NCBI GenBank assembly: GCA_050010235.1
Contig: JBEKLK010000004.1
Coordinates: 1-41,237 of the forward strand
DNA length: 41,237 nucleotides
Direction: 5' to 3'
Source of the DNA: Rhizomicrobium sp.
Lineage (GTDB): Bacteria > Pseudomonadota > Alphaproteobacteria > Micropepsales > Micropepsaceae
The notes under the pieces were generated by a model, which made no database searches, was not told the DNA's origin, and worked only from the letters and a program-made list of their open reading frames with translations. The translations under genes and the position numbers were made by a program. Below, one piece after another: positions 8,837 through 17,143 of this stretch. Position 1 is the stretch's first letter. Each line of letters begins with the position of its first letter.

Positions 8837-8873
8837 AATTGCATTCGACCGCTAAGTTGCGACTGGCAAAAAA

Positions 8874-8972
8874 TCCCACCCTCCCCCTTGAGTCCGGCTA
8901 CGCCAAGGCTTCGCCGGACTATGTGTCTCGTCCGCCGAAGCTTTAGCGAAGGCGGATTGAGGGAGGGTGGGA
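8874..8972. repeat. Composite palindromic element: REP-like doublet inside a CCCTCCC/GGGAGGG hairpin
   Basis: Outer IR TCCCACCCTCCC / GGGAGGGTGGGA. Inner segment 8892-8956 holds two oppositely oriented hairpin units and is flanked by a direct TTGA repeat. Confidence 0.75.
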
Positions 8973-8981
8973 AAAGACGAC

Positions 8982-9611
8982 CTATCCCAACTTCATCCCC
9001 GTCGCAGTTTCGAGCTCGGCGATGGCTTGCGGAGCGGATTCGACCTTGATGGTCGTCATGCCCATCGCGCGCGCAGGCTTCAGATTGCCGCCCAGATCGT
9101 CGAGATAGACGCAGTGCTCCGGTTGCACGCGCAAAGTTTCGCACATCATCCGGTAGATGCGTGGATCCGGTTTTCTGATCCCCACCTTCGAAGATTCGAT
9201 CACATGATCGAACAGGCCCATGGTCTCCACGGCGTAGAAGCTGCGGCCGGAGGATTCCGGCTGCATCGACGCCACGTTGTTGGTGATGCAACCGGTTTTG
9301 AATCGCGTCTTGATGCGGCGCAGCGCCTCGGTCATTTCGGGACGGAAATCGCCATAGAGCAACGGAATGATATCGCGCCCCGGCACCTCATGGCCCAGCG
9401 CACGCGCCTCTGCCGCGAACGCCGCATCGAACCCATCGAGGTCGAGCTCCGAACGTTCGAACCGCGCCCAGGCGTTTTCGAGATGGTTGGTGCTGTTGAT
9501 TTTGCGGATGAGGTTTTCGGGCAGGCCGCGCTCGCGTTCGTAACGGGCGAATGCGTCGAAGGGCGAACTCGTGAACACGCCGCCGAAATCCCAGATCACC
9601 GCTTGGATCAA
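8982..9611 (-). CDS. HAD-IA family hydrolase (epoxide hydrolase N-terminal domain-like)
   Basis: WDFGGV, ITNN, RKPDPRIY and YLDD...N motifs; TTG start. Confidence 0.88.
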   Translation of the reverse strand: MIQAVIWDFGGVFTSSPFDAFARYERERGLPENLIRKINSTNHLENAWARFERSELDLDGFDAAFAAEARALGHEVPGRDIIPLLYGDFRPEMTEALRRIKTRFKTGCITNNVASMQPESSGRSFYAVETMGLFDHVIESSKVGIRKPDPRIYRMMCETLRVQPEHCVYLDDLGGNLKPARAMGMTTIKVESAPQAIAELETATGMKLG

Positions 9612-9683
9612 GTTACTCTCCCGAACGTGTCCCTTGCGCAGAACAAGCAGCCGCGCCCAAATGCGTCAAGAGCGGAGGCTAGG

Positions 9684-10514
9684 ATGAGCGAACGCAGCGT
9701 GCATATGCCGGCCGAAAGCCGGGGCGAGGCGCCCGGGCGCGGAAGACTCGCGGGACGGCGCGTGCTGGTCGTGGGCGGCGGGCAGATGGATATCGGCGAG
9801 GCCGACACCCCCATCGGCAATGGGCGGGCGATGAGCGTGCTGTTTGCGCGCGAAGGCGCAAGCGTTGCGGTGGCCGATCGCGACCGCGCGAGTGCGGAGG
9901 CAAGCGTGATGCTGGCAACGCGCGCGGGCGGGCACGCATTCGCCATTGCGGCCGATGCGTCCAAAGAGGAGGACGTCGCGCGCATGGTGCAAGAAGCCGC
10001 CGTGACCCTGGGCGGGATCGACGGGCTGGTGCTCAATGTCGGCATCGGCGCAGGCGGACCCTGGCTCTCCGGCACCACGCCGGAAATGTGGGATCGCGTG
10101 TTCGCGGTGAATATCCGAAGCCACATGCTCGCCGTGCGCGCCGCTTTGCCTGTCATGGCGGAAGGTTCGAGCATCGTGTTCGTGTCGTCCGTGGCGGGTC
10201 TGAAGCCGGGCAGCAGACTGCCGGCCTATGATGCGTCGAAGGCGGCCATCACGGGGCTTTGCCGCCATGTCGCACTGGAAGGCGAGCGGCGCGCGATCCG
10301 CGCAAACGTCATCGCGCCGGGATTGATGGATACGTCCATCGGACGGCTCGCGTCGCGCGGGAGACCGGGCCGCGAAAAAACACCTGTCCCGCTCGGCCGC
10401 CAAGGCACGGGGTGGGAAACTGCCTATGCCGCGCTGTTCCTGCTCTCCGAAGAAAGCGCCTACATCACCGGACAAATGATCGCCGTTGATGGCGGCTTGT
10501 CGGCGCTGCGGTAG
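9684..10514 (+). CDS. Short-chain dehydrogenase/reductase
   Basis: Gly-rich N-terminus, VSS, YDASK (YxxxK), IRANVIAPG and VDGG. ATG 9684 follows GGAGG. Confidence 0.9.
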   Translation: MSERSVHMPAESRGEAPGRGRLAGRRVLVVGGGQMDIGEADTPIGNGRAMSVLFAREGASVAVADRDRASAEASVMLATRAGGHAFAIAADASKEEDVARMVQEAAVTLGGIDGLVLNVGIGAGGPWLSGTTPEMWDRVFAVNIRSHMLAVRAALPVMAEGSSIVFVSSVAGLKPGSRLPAYDASKAAITGLCRHVALEGERRAIRANVIAPGLMDTSIGRLASRGRPGREKTPVPLGRQGTGWETAYAALFLLSEESAYITGQMIAVDGGLSALR

Positions 10515-10528
10515 GAACAAAAAGATTC

Positions 10529-10642
10529 ACCACGGAGACACGGAGAAAAGGGGGAGAAGAAAACGGAGAAAGGCTTTTTGCGCGCGAACACGCGCAGAAG
10601 TTCCTTCTCCGTGTCCTCCCATCTTCTCCGTGTCTCCGTGGT
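10529..10642. repeat. Palindromic intergenic element (CACGGAG family), copy 2, between convergent genes
   Basis: Perfect 19-bp terminal IR ACCACGGAGACACGGAGAA / TTCTCCGTGTCTCCGTGGT, with further internal ACGGAGAA / TTCTCCGT units. Confidence 0.8.
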
Positions 10643-10663
10643 AAACCTTTCTCGTTCTACTTC

Positions 10664-11521
10664 TCAAAACGGTTTGTCGCCCACGATCGTCACGCGCTCC
10701 ATGCGGCGGAGGGCGGGAAAATAATCCGAGACCGCGTAATGCTGCGACGCGCGGTTGTCCCAGAACGCGATCGAGTTCGTGCGCCAGCGAAAGCGGCATT
10801 GATATTCCGGGATCGCGGCCTGGGCATAGAGATACGCCAGCAGCGCGTCGGATTCGCAACGCTCCATGCCCACGATGTATTGCGTGAAGGCACGGTTGAC
10901 ATAGATCCCCTTGCGACCCGTTTCGGGGTGGGTGCGCACGACCGGATGCTCGGCATTCGGATAAGCGCGATTGAATTCCTCGATCTGCGCCTCGCTCATG
11001 CCCCGCTTGCGCATGCCAAGGCGGAAATGCGCGAAATCGTGAATCGCTGTGCGGCCCTCGATCTTCGCTTTCACTTCGTCGGAAAGGCCGTCGTAAGCCG
11101 CATACATATCCGCAAACAGCGTGTCGCCTCCCACCGGCGGCACGTCGAGCGCGCGCAGGATGGAACCCAGCGACGGTTCGAGCCGCCAGGTCACGTCGCT
11201 GTGCCAGGTGTTTTCGCGGCCGCGATTGTTCTCGTCATGGGTGATCGCGAGCACCTCGGGATAGCCCGGCTTGCAGGGCGCGAAGGGATGCACCTCCAAT
11301 TCACCGAAGGCACGCGCGAAATCGAGATGCTGCTCGGTCGTGATGTCCTGGTCGCGGAAGAACAGCACCTTGCGGTCTAGGAGTGCGGCGCGCAGGCCGG
11401 CAAACGTTTCCCGCGATAGCGGCTTTCGAAGATCGATGCCTTCGATCTCCGCGCCGATGATGGGCGTCAGCGGCACCAGCCGGAACGGCAGAGCCTCGGT
11501 CTTCAGCGCGTGTTCGGTCAT
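10664..11521 (-). CDS. TauD/TfdA-family Fe(II)/2-oxoglutarate dioxygenase
   Basis: WHSD...GGDT...HPVVRTHPETG...WDNR..QH. ATG 11521 follows GGAGG. Confidence 0.93.
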   Translation of the reverse strand: MTEHALKTEALPFRLVPLTPIIGAEIEGIDLRKPLSRETFAGLRAALLDRKVLFFRDQDITTEQHLDFARAFGELEVHPFAPCKPGYPEVLAITHDENNRGRENTWHSDVTWRLEPSLGSILRALDVPPVGGDTLFADMYAAYDGLSDEVKAKIEGRTAIHDFAHFRLGMRKRGMSEAQIEEFNRAYPNAEHPVVRTHPETGRKGIYVNRAFTQYIVGMERCESDALLAYLYAQAAIPEYQCRFRWRTNSIAFWDNRASQHYAVSDYFPALRRMERVTIVGDKPF

Positions 11522-11595
11522 CCAGTCCTCCTTGTTCTTGGGCTCCAGCGTAGCGCATTCGTCGCCTTTGCGCCCATGCCCGCCGACAATTTTTG

Positions 11596-11673
11596 AGCGC
11601 AGAGGACGCTGGGGATGCGCGGGGGCCGCAGAGGCCACTGCGACCTCTGCGCGACCTCCGCGTCCCTTGCGCT
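11596..11673. repeat. Degenerate palindromic element (CGCAGAG family), copy 3
   Basis: Outer IR AGCGCAGAGGACGC / GCGTCCCTTGCGCT (12 of 14 paired) and inner IR CGCAGAGG / CCTCTGCG. Confidence 0.65.
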
Positions 11674-11745
11674 AAATCCTTACTGTGGCCTTGCGCCCGC
11701 GTGGAAGGCGCGTCCAAATGGGTGCTGCCAGACGGGGTGACGGAT

Positions 11746-12717
11746 ATGGGCGCGGCGCTGCCGGACTTTCCCAAAGCGAGCTACGAAGCGGGCACCTATG
11801 CGCTCGGCAACGGCGCATTCGCCTATCTGCAGCCGGATGGCGGCTGGGGTTTCTCCAATGCGGGACTGGTGACGGACAGCGGCGAGGCGCTCCTCATCGA
11901 CACCATGTTCGACTTTCCCCACACGCGCGCGATGCTGGACGGGTTCCGCGCCGCAAGCCCGGCCAGGATCCGCACGCTCGTCAACACCCATCAGAACGGC
12001 GATCACTGGTTCGGCAATGCTCTCGTCGAGGACGCGGAAATCGTGGCGACCGCGCGCGCGGCCTCCGCGATGGCGCACGAGACGCCAGATCTGCTGGCGG
12101 GATTTATCAAGGCTGCGCCGGGCATGGGGCTCACCGGCGAATTTTTTCTTCATTGCTTCGGCCGTTTCGATTTCGCGGGCGCCACGCCGAAGCTGCCCGA
12201 CACGACATTCAGCGGGCGACTGACCCGCATGGTCGGCACGAAAGCCGTCGAGTTGATCGAAGTGGGGCCGGCACATACGGGCGGCGATGCGATCGCTTAT
12301 GTCCCTGCCGACCGCACCGTCTTCACGGGCGATATCCTGTTCGTCAACGGCCATCCCATCGTGTGGGCCGGGCCCATCGGTAACTGGATCGATGCCTGCA
12401 ACATGATCATCGGCCTCGATGCGGAGATCGTTGTGCCCGGTCACGGACCGGTGACCGACAAGGACGGCGTCGCACGGGTGCGCGACTATCTCAGCTACAT
12501 CCGCGACGAAGCGAAGACGCGCTACGATTCGGGCATGAAGCCGTTCGAAGCCGCGCGCTCCATCGCGCTTGACGATTTCGCGGGCTGGGGCGATGCCGAA
12601 CGGATCGCAGTCAACGTCGCGACTCTCTATCGCGAATTCGGCGACACCACGGCGCCATCCGATGCCGCAACCCTGTTCGGCTGGATGGCGCAACTCTGGA
12701 AGGACAAACGCAAATGA
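11746..12717 (+). CDS. MBL-fold metallohydrolase (cyclase-like subgroup)
   Basis: IDT, THQNGDH, AHT.GD, TGD and PGHG motifs. Confidence 0.88.
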   Translation: MGAALPDFPKASYEAGTYALGNGAFAYLQPDGGWGFSNAGLVTDSGEALLIDTMFDFPHTRAMLDGFRAASPARIRTLVNTHQNGDHWFGNALVEDAEIVATARAASAMAHETPDLLAGFIKAAPGMGLTGEFFLHCFGRFDFAGATPKLPDTTFSGRLTRMVGTKAVELIEVGPAHTGGDAIAYVPADRTVFTGDILFVNGHPIVWAGPIGNWIDACNMIIGLDAEIVVPGHGPVTDKDGVARVRDYLSYIRDEAKTRYDSGMKPFEAARSIALDDFAGWGDAERIAVNVATLYREFGDTTAPSDAATLFGWMAQLWKDKRK

Positions 12718-13502
12718 CCGTCACCGTCTTCGAACATCCGCTATCGCCCTATGCGCAGAAAGTGAAGATTGCGCTGGACGAAAAGGGCGTCGCGTATAAC
12801 GCGAAAATGCCGTCCGCCATCGGAACCGGTCAGATCGATGCGGAATTCCTCAAAGCCAATCCGCGCGGCGAAGTGCCGGCGCTGATCGACGGCGACGTCG
12901 CGATCTTCGATTCGACCATCATCCTCGAATATATCGAGGACAAATGGCCCTCGCCCGCGCTCCTGCCCAAGGATCCCGCCGCGCGGGCACGCGCGCGGAC
13001 CATCGAAGAGGTGATGGACACGGCCTTCGAGCCGATCAATTGGGGCATGGGCGAGATCCGCTGGTTCAAGCGCGTGGAGGGCGCGAAAGCGCAAGCGCTG
13101 GAAGCACGCGCGGCCGCCCAGGCGCGCGGACTTTACGATTGGCTCGCACGCGCACTGGGCGCGCATTCCTGGTTCGGCGGTGACATTTTCGGCTGGGCCG
13201 ATCTGTCGGTGGTGCCTTACCTGAACGGCGCGGCCGGCCTCGGCATTGGGCCGCACGCACATTCCCCACTGGGCCAATGGCTCGCGCGCGCCAATGAGCG
13301 TGCTTCCGTGCAGAAGGCCGCGAATGCCGCCGCGGCTTCGATCGCCGGCATGGGCATGGTGGCAAATGCCGTGAAGGAGCGGTTGTTCAAGCGCGAATAT
13401 CGCGACCATCGCCTGGAATGGATGATCCGCTCCGGCGGGCTCGACGTGGTGATCGAAGGCCTCAAGACCGAAACCATCCGCTTCTCCAACGAGTTGAGCT
13501 GA
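12714..13502 (+). CDS. Glutathione S-transferase family protein
   Basis: SPYAQKV, NP.GEVP.L and DSTII.EY; ATGA overlap with the upstream gene. Confidence 0.9.
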   Translation: MTVTVFEHPLSPYAQKVKIALDEKGVAYNAKMPSAIGTGQIDAEFLKANPRGEVPALIDGDVAIFDSTIILEYIEDKWPSPALLPKDPAARARARTIEEVMDTAFEPINWGMGEIRWFKRVEGAKAQALEARAAAQARGLYDWLARALGAHSWFGGDIFGWADLSVVPYLNGAAGLGIGPHAHSPLGQWLARANERASVQKAANAAAASIAGMGMVANAVKERLFKREYRDHRLEWMIRSGGLDVVIEGLKTETIRFSNELS

Positions 13503-13505
13503 GCC

Positions 13506-14429
13506 ATGGCGCACGAGATCATCCTGCACAATTTCCCAAGCTCGCCTTTCTCGGAAAAGGTGCGGCTGGTGTTCGGCATCAAGGGGCTCGCGTGGCGCTC
13601 CGTCGAAATCCCCTCGATGCTGCCCAAACCCGACGTGGTCCCGCTCACGGGCGGTTATCGCAAGACGCCCGTGATGCAGATCGGCGCGGATATTTTCTGC
13701 GATTCGCAGATCATCATTCGCGAACTCGAGCGCCGGTTCCCCGCGCCGTCCGTGCTGCCGCACGGAAAAGGTTTGCCTTATGGCCTCGGCTTCTGGACCG
13801 ATAGGCCATTCTTCATGGCGAGCGTTCCGATCATCTTCGGCGAGATCGGACATATGGTGCCGGAAGCGTTCAAGAAGGATCGTGAGGCGATGTCGCCCAA
13901 CGGTTTCTCGACCGAGGCGATGAAGGCCGCTGCACCCTTCATGCGCGATCAATGGCGCGCGCATGCGGGCTTCATCGCCGACCAGCTGGACGACGGGCGC
14001 GCCTTCCTGCAGGGCGACGAGCCCACGCTCGCAGACATCCAATGCCACATGAATCTGTGGTTCATGAAAAATGCCGTGCCGCATATCGCGGGCGCACTGC
14101 TCAAGGAATTTCCGAAGGTCGATGCGTGGTTCGGACGGGTGACGGGAATCGGTCACGGCAAGCCCACGCCGATGGATTCGAAGGAAGCGCTCGCCATCGC
14201 CAAGGCCGCAACACCGGAAGCGAAATCCGCGCCCGACCCGTTCGAGCCGAGCGGTCGCAAGCCGGGCGATAAAGTGAAAGTCTCCGCCGACGATTACGGC
14301 CGCGATCCAATCGCCGGTGAAATCGTGTTCACCACCGCGCACGAGATCGCCATCCTGCGCCGCGACGCGCAGGTGGGCGACATCGTGGTGCATTTCCCTC
14401 GCGCTGGCTTCGTCGTCACACCGGGCTGA
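13506..14429 (+). CDS. Glutathione S-transferase family protein, long form with extra C-terminal domain
   Basis: SPFSEKVR, GGYRKTPVMQIGADIFCDS and C-terminal DYG.DP..G...VHFPR.GF. Confidence 0.88.
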   Translation: MAHEIILHNFPSSPFSEKVRLVFGIKGLAWRSVEIPSMLPKPDVVPLTGGYRKTPVMQIGADIFCDSQIIIRELERRFPAPSVLPHGKGLPYGLGFWTDRPFFMASVPIIFGEIGHMVPEAFKKDREAMSPNGFSTEAMKAAAPFMRDQWRAHAGFIADQLDDGRAFLQGDEPTLADIQCHMNLWFMKNAVPHIAGALLKEFPKVDAWFGRVTGIGHGKPTPMDSKEALAIAKAATPEAKSAPDPFEPSGRKPGDKVKVSADDYGRDPIAGEIVFTTAHEIAILRRDAQVGDIVVHFPRAGFVVTPG

Positions 14430-14443
14430 CGGATAAGAGTCGT

Positions 14444-15994
14444 ATGGACCGCAAGACGAACGAGATCGACGAGCCGGTCATCATTGAAACCGCGAACGGC
14501 AAGCTCGCGGGCGCACGCAGGGCCGGCATATTGAGCTTCAAGGGCATTCCCTTCGCGGCGCCTCCCATAGGACCGCTGCGCTGGCGCATGCCCGAGCCGG
14601 TAATGGCGTGGCCCGGTGTGCGCGACGCGACCGTCTTTGGAACCATCTGCCCGCAGGCACCCACGCAACTCGAATCCCTGATGGGCAGCACGATCGGCGA
14701 ACAATCGGAAGACTGCCTTTATCTGAATGTGTGGACACCCGGCTGCGACGACGCGAAACGTCCCGTGATGGTGTGGATTCATGGAGGCGCGTTCGTCATC
14801 GGCGCGGGCAGCCAGGGCATCTACAACGGCAGGCATCTGGCCGCGCGCGATGTGGTGGTGGTGACGGTCAATTACCGGCTGGGCGCTTTCGGCTTTCTCG
14901 ATATGACCGATGCGACGGACGGAAAACTGCCGGGCACGGGCAATGAAGGGCTTGCCGATCAGATCCTCGCGCTCGATTGGGTGAAGCGGAACATCGCCGT
15001 GTTCGGCGGCGATCCCGGGAACGTCACGATCTTCGGCGAATCCGCCGGCGGCATGAGCATCGGCGCGCTGCTCGGCTGTGCACCGGCGCTGGAATTGTTC
15101 CACAAGGCGATCCCGCAATCGGGCGGGGCCCATATCGGCCATGACCGCGAGCGCGCAAGCCGCGCCGGCCGCGCCATCCTCGCGGAAATGGGATTGTCGG
15201 CGAGCGATTCCGCGCGTGCGCTCGACGCGCCCTATGGCGCGATCGTCAAGGCGCAGATCGCGGTGCTCGCGGATTCGCGCGACGGAAAAGATGCGCGCAA
15301 GCTGGGACGATTGCCGTTCCAACCCGTCATCGACGGCACGCTTCTGCCGGCCAAGCCGATCGATGCGGTGCGCGCGGGATCGGCGGCCAGCATTGCGCTG
15401 CTCACCGGAACCATGCGGGAAGAATGGAAGCTGTTCAGCGCCGCCGATCCGCGCCTGCGCCTGATGACCGCCAAAGGCTTCACCGAGCGCGTGACGCGGC
15501 TCGCGAAAGAAGAAGCCCCGGCCGTACTTGCGGCCTATGCCAACGGCTCGGCCTTCGAGCGCTTCAATGCGGTGATGACGGACAAGTCGTTCACGGTTCC
15601 CGCGATCCGGCTTGCGGAAGCGCAGAATGCGCGGGCGCCCGTTTATCTCTATCGCTTCGATTGGCGTTCGCCCCTCCTGGGTGGGATCATGGGCTCCTGC
15701 CACGCGCTCGAATTGGGCTTCGTGTTCGGCACGCACGCGGAGAAACTGGTGGGCACGTTTTTCGGCACGGGCCCTGTCGCCGAAGCGTTGTCGCACACGA
15801 CGATCGATGCCTGGACTGCATTTGCGAAGACGGGGAACCCCGCCACGGCGTCGACCGGGGCATGGCCGCGCTACGATTCCGCCTCGCGCCAGACCATGAT
15901 CTTCGGCGACGGCCCACCCCATCTTGCCGCTACTCCCGACGAAACACGACTGCGCGCCTGGGACAAGGTCCCGGAACGGAAGCTGGGGCCGTAG
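14444..15994 (+). CDS. Type-B carboxylesterase (PnbA-like), cytoplasmic
   Basis: SEDCLYLNVW, HGGAF, GESAG and putative catalytic His in CHALE; no signal peptide. Confidence 0.93.
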   Translation: MDRKTNEIDEPVIIETANGKLAGARRAGILSFKGIPFAAPPIGPLRWRMPEPVMAWPGVRDATVFGTICPQAPTQLESLMGSTIGEQSEDCLYLNVWTPGCDDAKRPVMVWIHGGAFVIGAGSQGIYNGRHLAARDVVVVTVNYRLGAFGFLDMTDATDGKLPGTGNEGLADQILALDWVKRNIAVFGGDPGNVTIFGESAGGMSIGALLGCAPALELFHKAIPQSGGAHIGHDRERASRAGRAILAEMGLSASDSARALDAPYGAIVKAQIAVLADSRDGKDARKLGRLPFQPVIDGTLLPAKPIDAVRAGSAASIALLTGTMREEWKLFSAADPRLRLMTAKGFTERVTRLAKEEAPAVLAAYANGSAFERFNAVMTDKSFTVPAIRLAEAQNARAPVYLYRFDWRSPLLGGIMGSCHALELGFVFGTHAEKLVGTFFGTGPVAEALSHTTIDAWTAFAKTGNPATASTGAWPRYDSASRQTMIFGDGPPHLAATPDETRLRAWDKVPERKLGP

Positions 15995-16007
15995 ACTTCA
16001 GCGCAGT

Positions 16008-17036
16008 TCAATTCTCCAGCATCACCTTGCATTGATGCGTCGGATGGCGGAGCGCTTCGAAGGCGCCCGGCAATTCGTCGAAGCCGACAATGTCCGTCAC
16101 CATATGGCCGACATCGACGCGGTCCGACGCGATCATCGCGATCACATAATCGAAATCCGCGGCGCGATAGCCGAGCACAAACTGCAATTCGAGCTCCTTC
16201 ATGATTCCCATCAGGGGCATGATCGTGTCCGGCTGCTGGCAGACGCCCGCGACGACGATGCGGCAGAAGCGCGGCGCGTCCATCATCGCGGTGCCGATCA
16301 CGCCGGGCGCGCCCACGCATTCGAAGATCACTTCGGGACCATGGCCTGCGATCTTCTCCACCTGCGGCGTCAGCGGCTGGCCCGGATCGATCGCATCGGT
16401 GGCGCCGAAACGCGCCGCCATCTTGCGGCGGATCTCCGCCTTCTCGCTGACGATGACGTGACGCGCGCCGAGGAATTTCGCCCACAGCATCGTGGCGAGC
16501 CCCACGGGGCCGGCCCCGATCACGACAACCGTTGCGCCGCGTTCCAGCCTTGCTTTGTCGACGGCGTGCAAGCCCACGGCCAGCGGTTCCACCATCGCGC
16601 CCTCGCGGAACGACACACTGTCGGGCAAGCGAAAGCCGCCGCTCGCTCCAATCTTCACGAATTCCGCATACGCGCCCGGGCTTTGCCCCAACCCGATCGA
16701 CATGCCTTTGGCGCAGGAACCCCGTCCATGGCCGAAATTGAGGCAAGGCGTTTGATCGCCGCAGCAAATGAATGGAAAGCCTGCGACACGATCGCCGCTC
16801 TTCCAGAGATGCGTCGCCGCTTTGCCGATCGCGACAACCTCGCCCGCGAATTCGTGGCCCATCACGGTCCCGGACGGGGGCGGCATGATGCTGGTGGGCT
16901 CCGTCATGTGCAGATCGGAACCGCAGATGCCGCAATTCCTCACTTTGAGAATGATGTCGTGCGGACCGGGCTCGGGATCCGGCAACGATTCGATGACAAG
17001 CGGCTTCGACATTTCGCGGAATACGGCGGCGCGCAT
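16008..17036 (-). CDS. Zn-dependent alcohol dehydrogenase (MDR family)
   Basis: CGICGSDLH, GHE, EPLAV and GAGPVG. Confidence 0.93.
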   Translation of the reverse strand: MRAAVFREMSKPLVIESLPDPEPGPHDIILKVRNCGICGSDLHMTEPTSIMPPPSGTVMGHEFAGEVVAIGKAATHLWKSGDRVAGFPFICCGDQTPCLNFGHGRGSCAKGMSIGLGQSPGAYAEFVKIGASGGFRLPDSVSFREGAMVEPLAVGLHAVDKARLERGATVVVIGAGPVGLATMLWAKFLGARHVIVSEKAEIRRKMAARFGATDAIDPGQPLTPQVEKIAGHGPEVIFECVGAPGVIGTAMMDAPRFCRIVVAGVCQQPDTIMPLMGIMKELELQFVLGYRAADFDYVIAMIASDRVDVGHMVTDIVGFDELPGAFEALRHPTHQCKVMLEN

Positions 17037-17070
17037 GGGAATCCTTCTCAGTTCTCGGATGGCGATTGGT

Positions 17071-17085
17071 CTGACATTATGTCAT
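17071..17085. promoter_or_regulatory. Palindromic operator between the divergent ADH and amidase genes
   Basis: CTGACATTATGTCAT (perfect TGACAT-T-ATGTCA); near-identical copy at 18597-18611. Confidence 0.65.
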
Positions 17086-17143
17086 CCCAATGTCGTTGGA
17101 CACTGAAAAGCGCCCTGTAAAGCGCTCAGGGAGGAATTCCAGA

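Noticed and set aside
8832-8848. TTTAGAA half-site as a third ICE
   Set aside because: The right half (CATTCGA) does not match TTCTAAA, and it sits at a gene end.
8967-9683. Apparent 515-aa SDR fusion
   Set aside because: The first 239 codons are mostly antisense to the HAD gene; the SDR has its own SD and ATG at 9684.
5141-11673. Repeats as a CRISPR array or autonomous IS
   Set aside because: They are dispersed inverted repeats, not regularly spaced direct repeats with spacers; no cas or transposase gene is present in the window.
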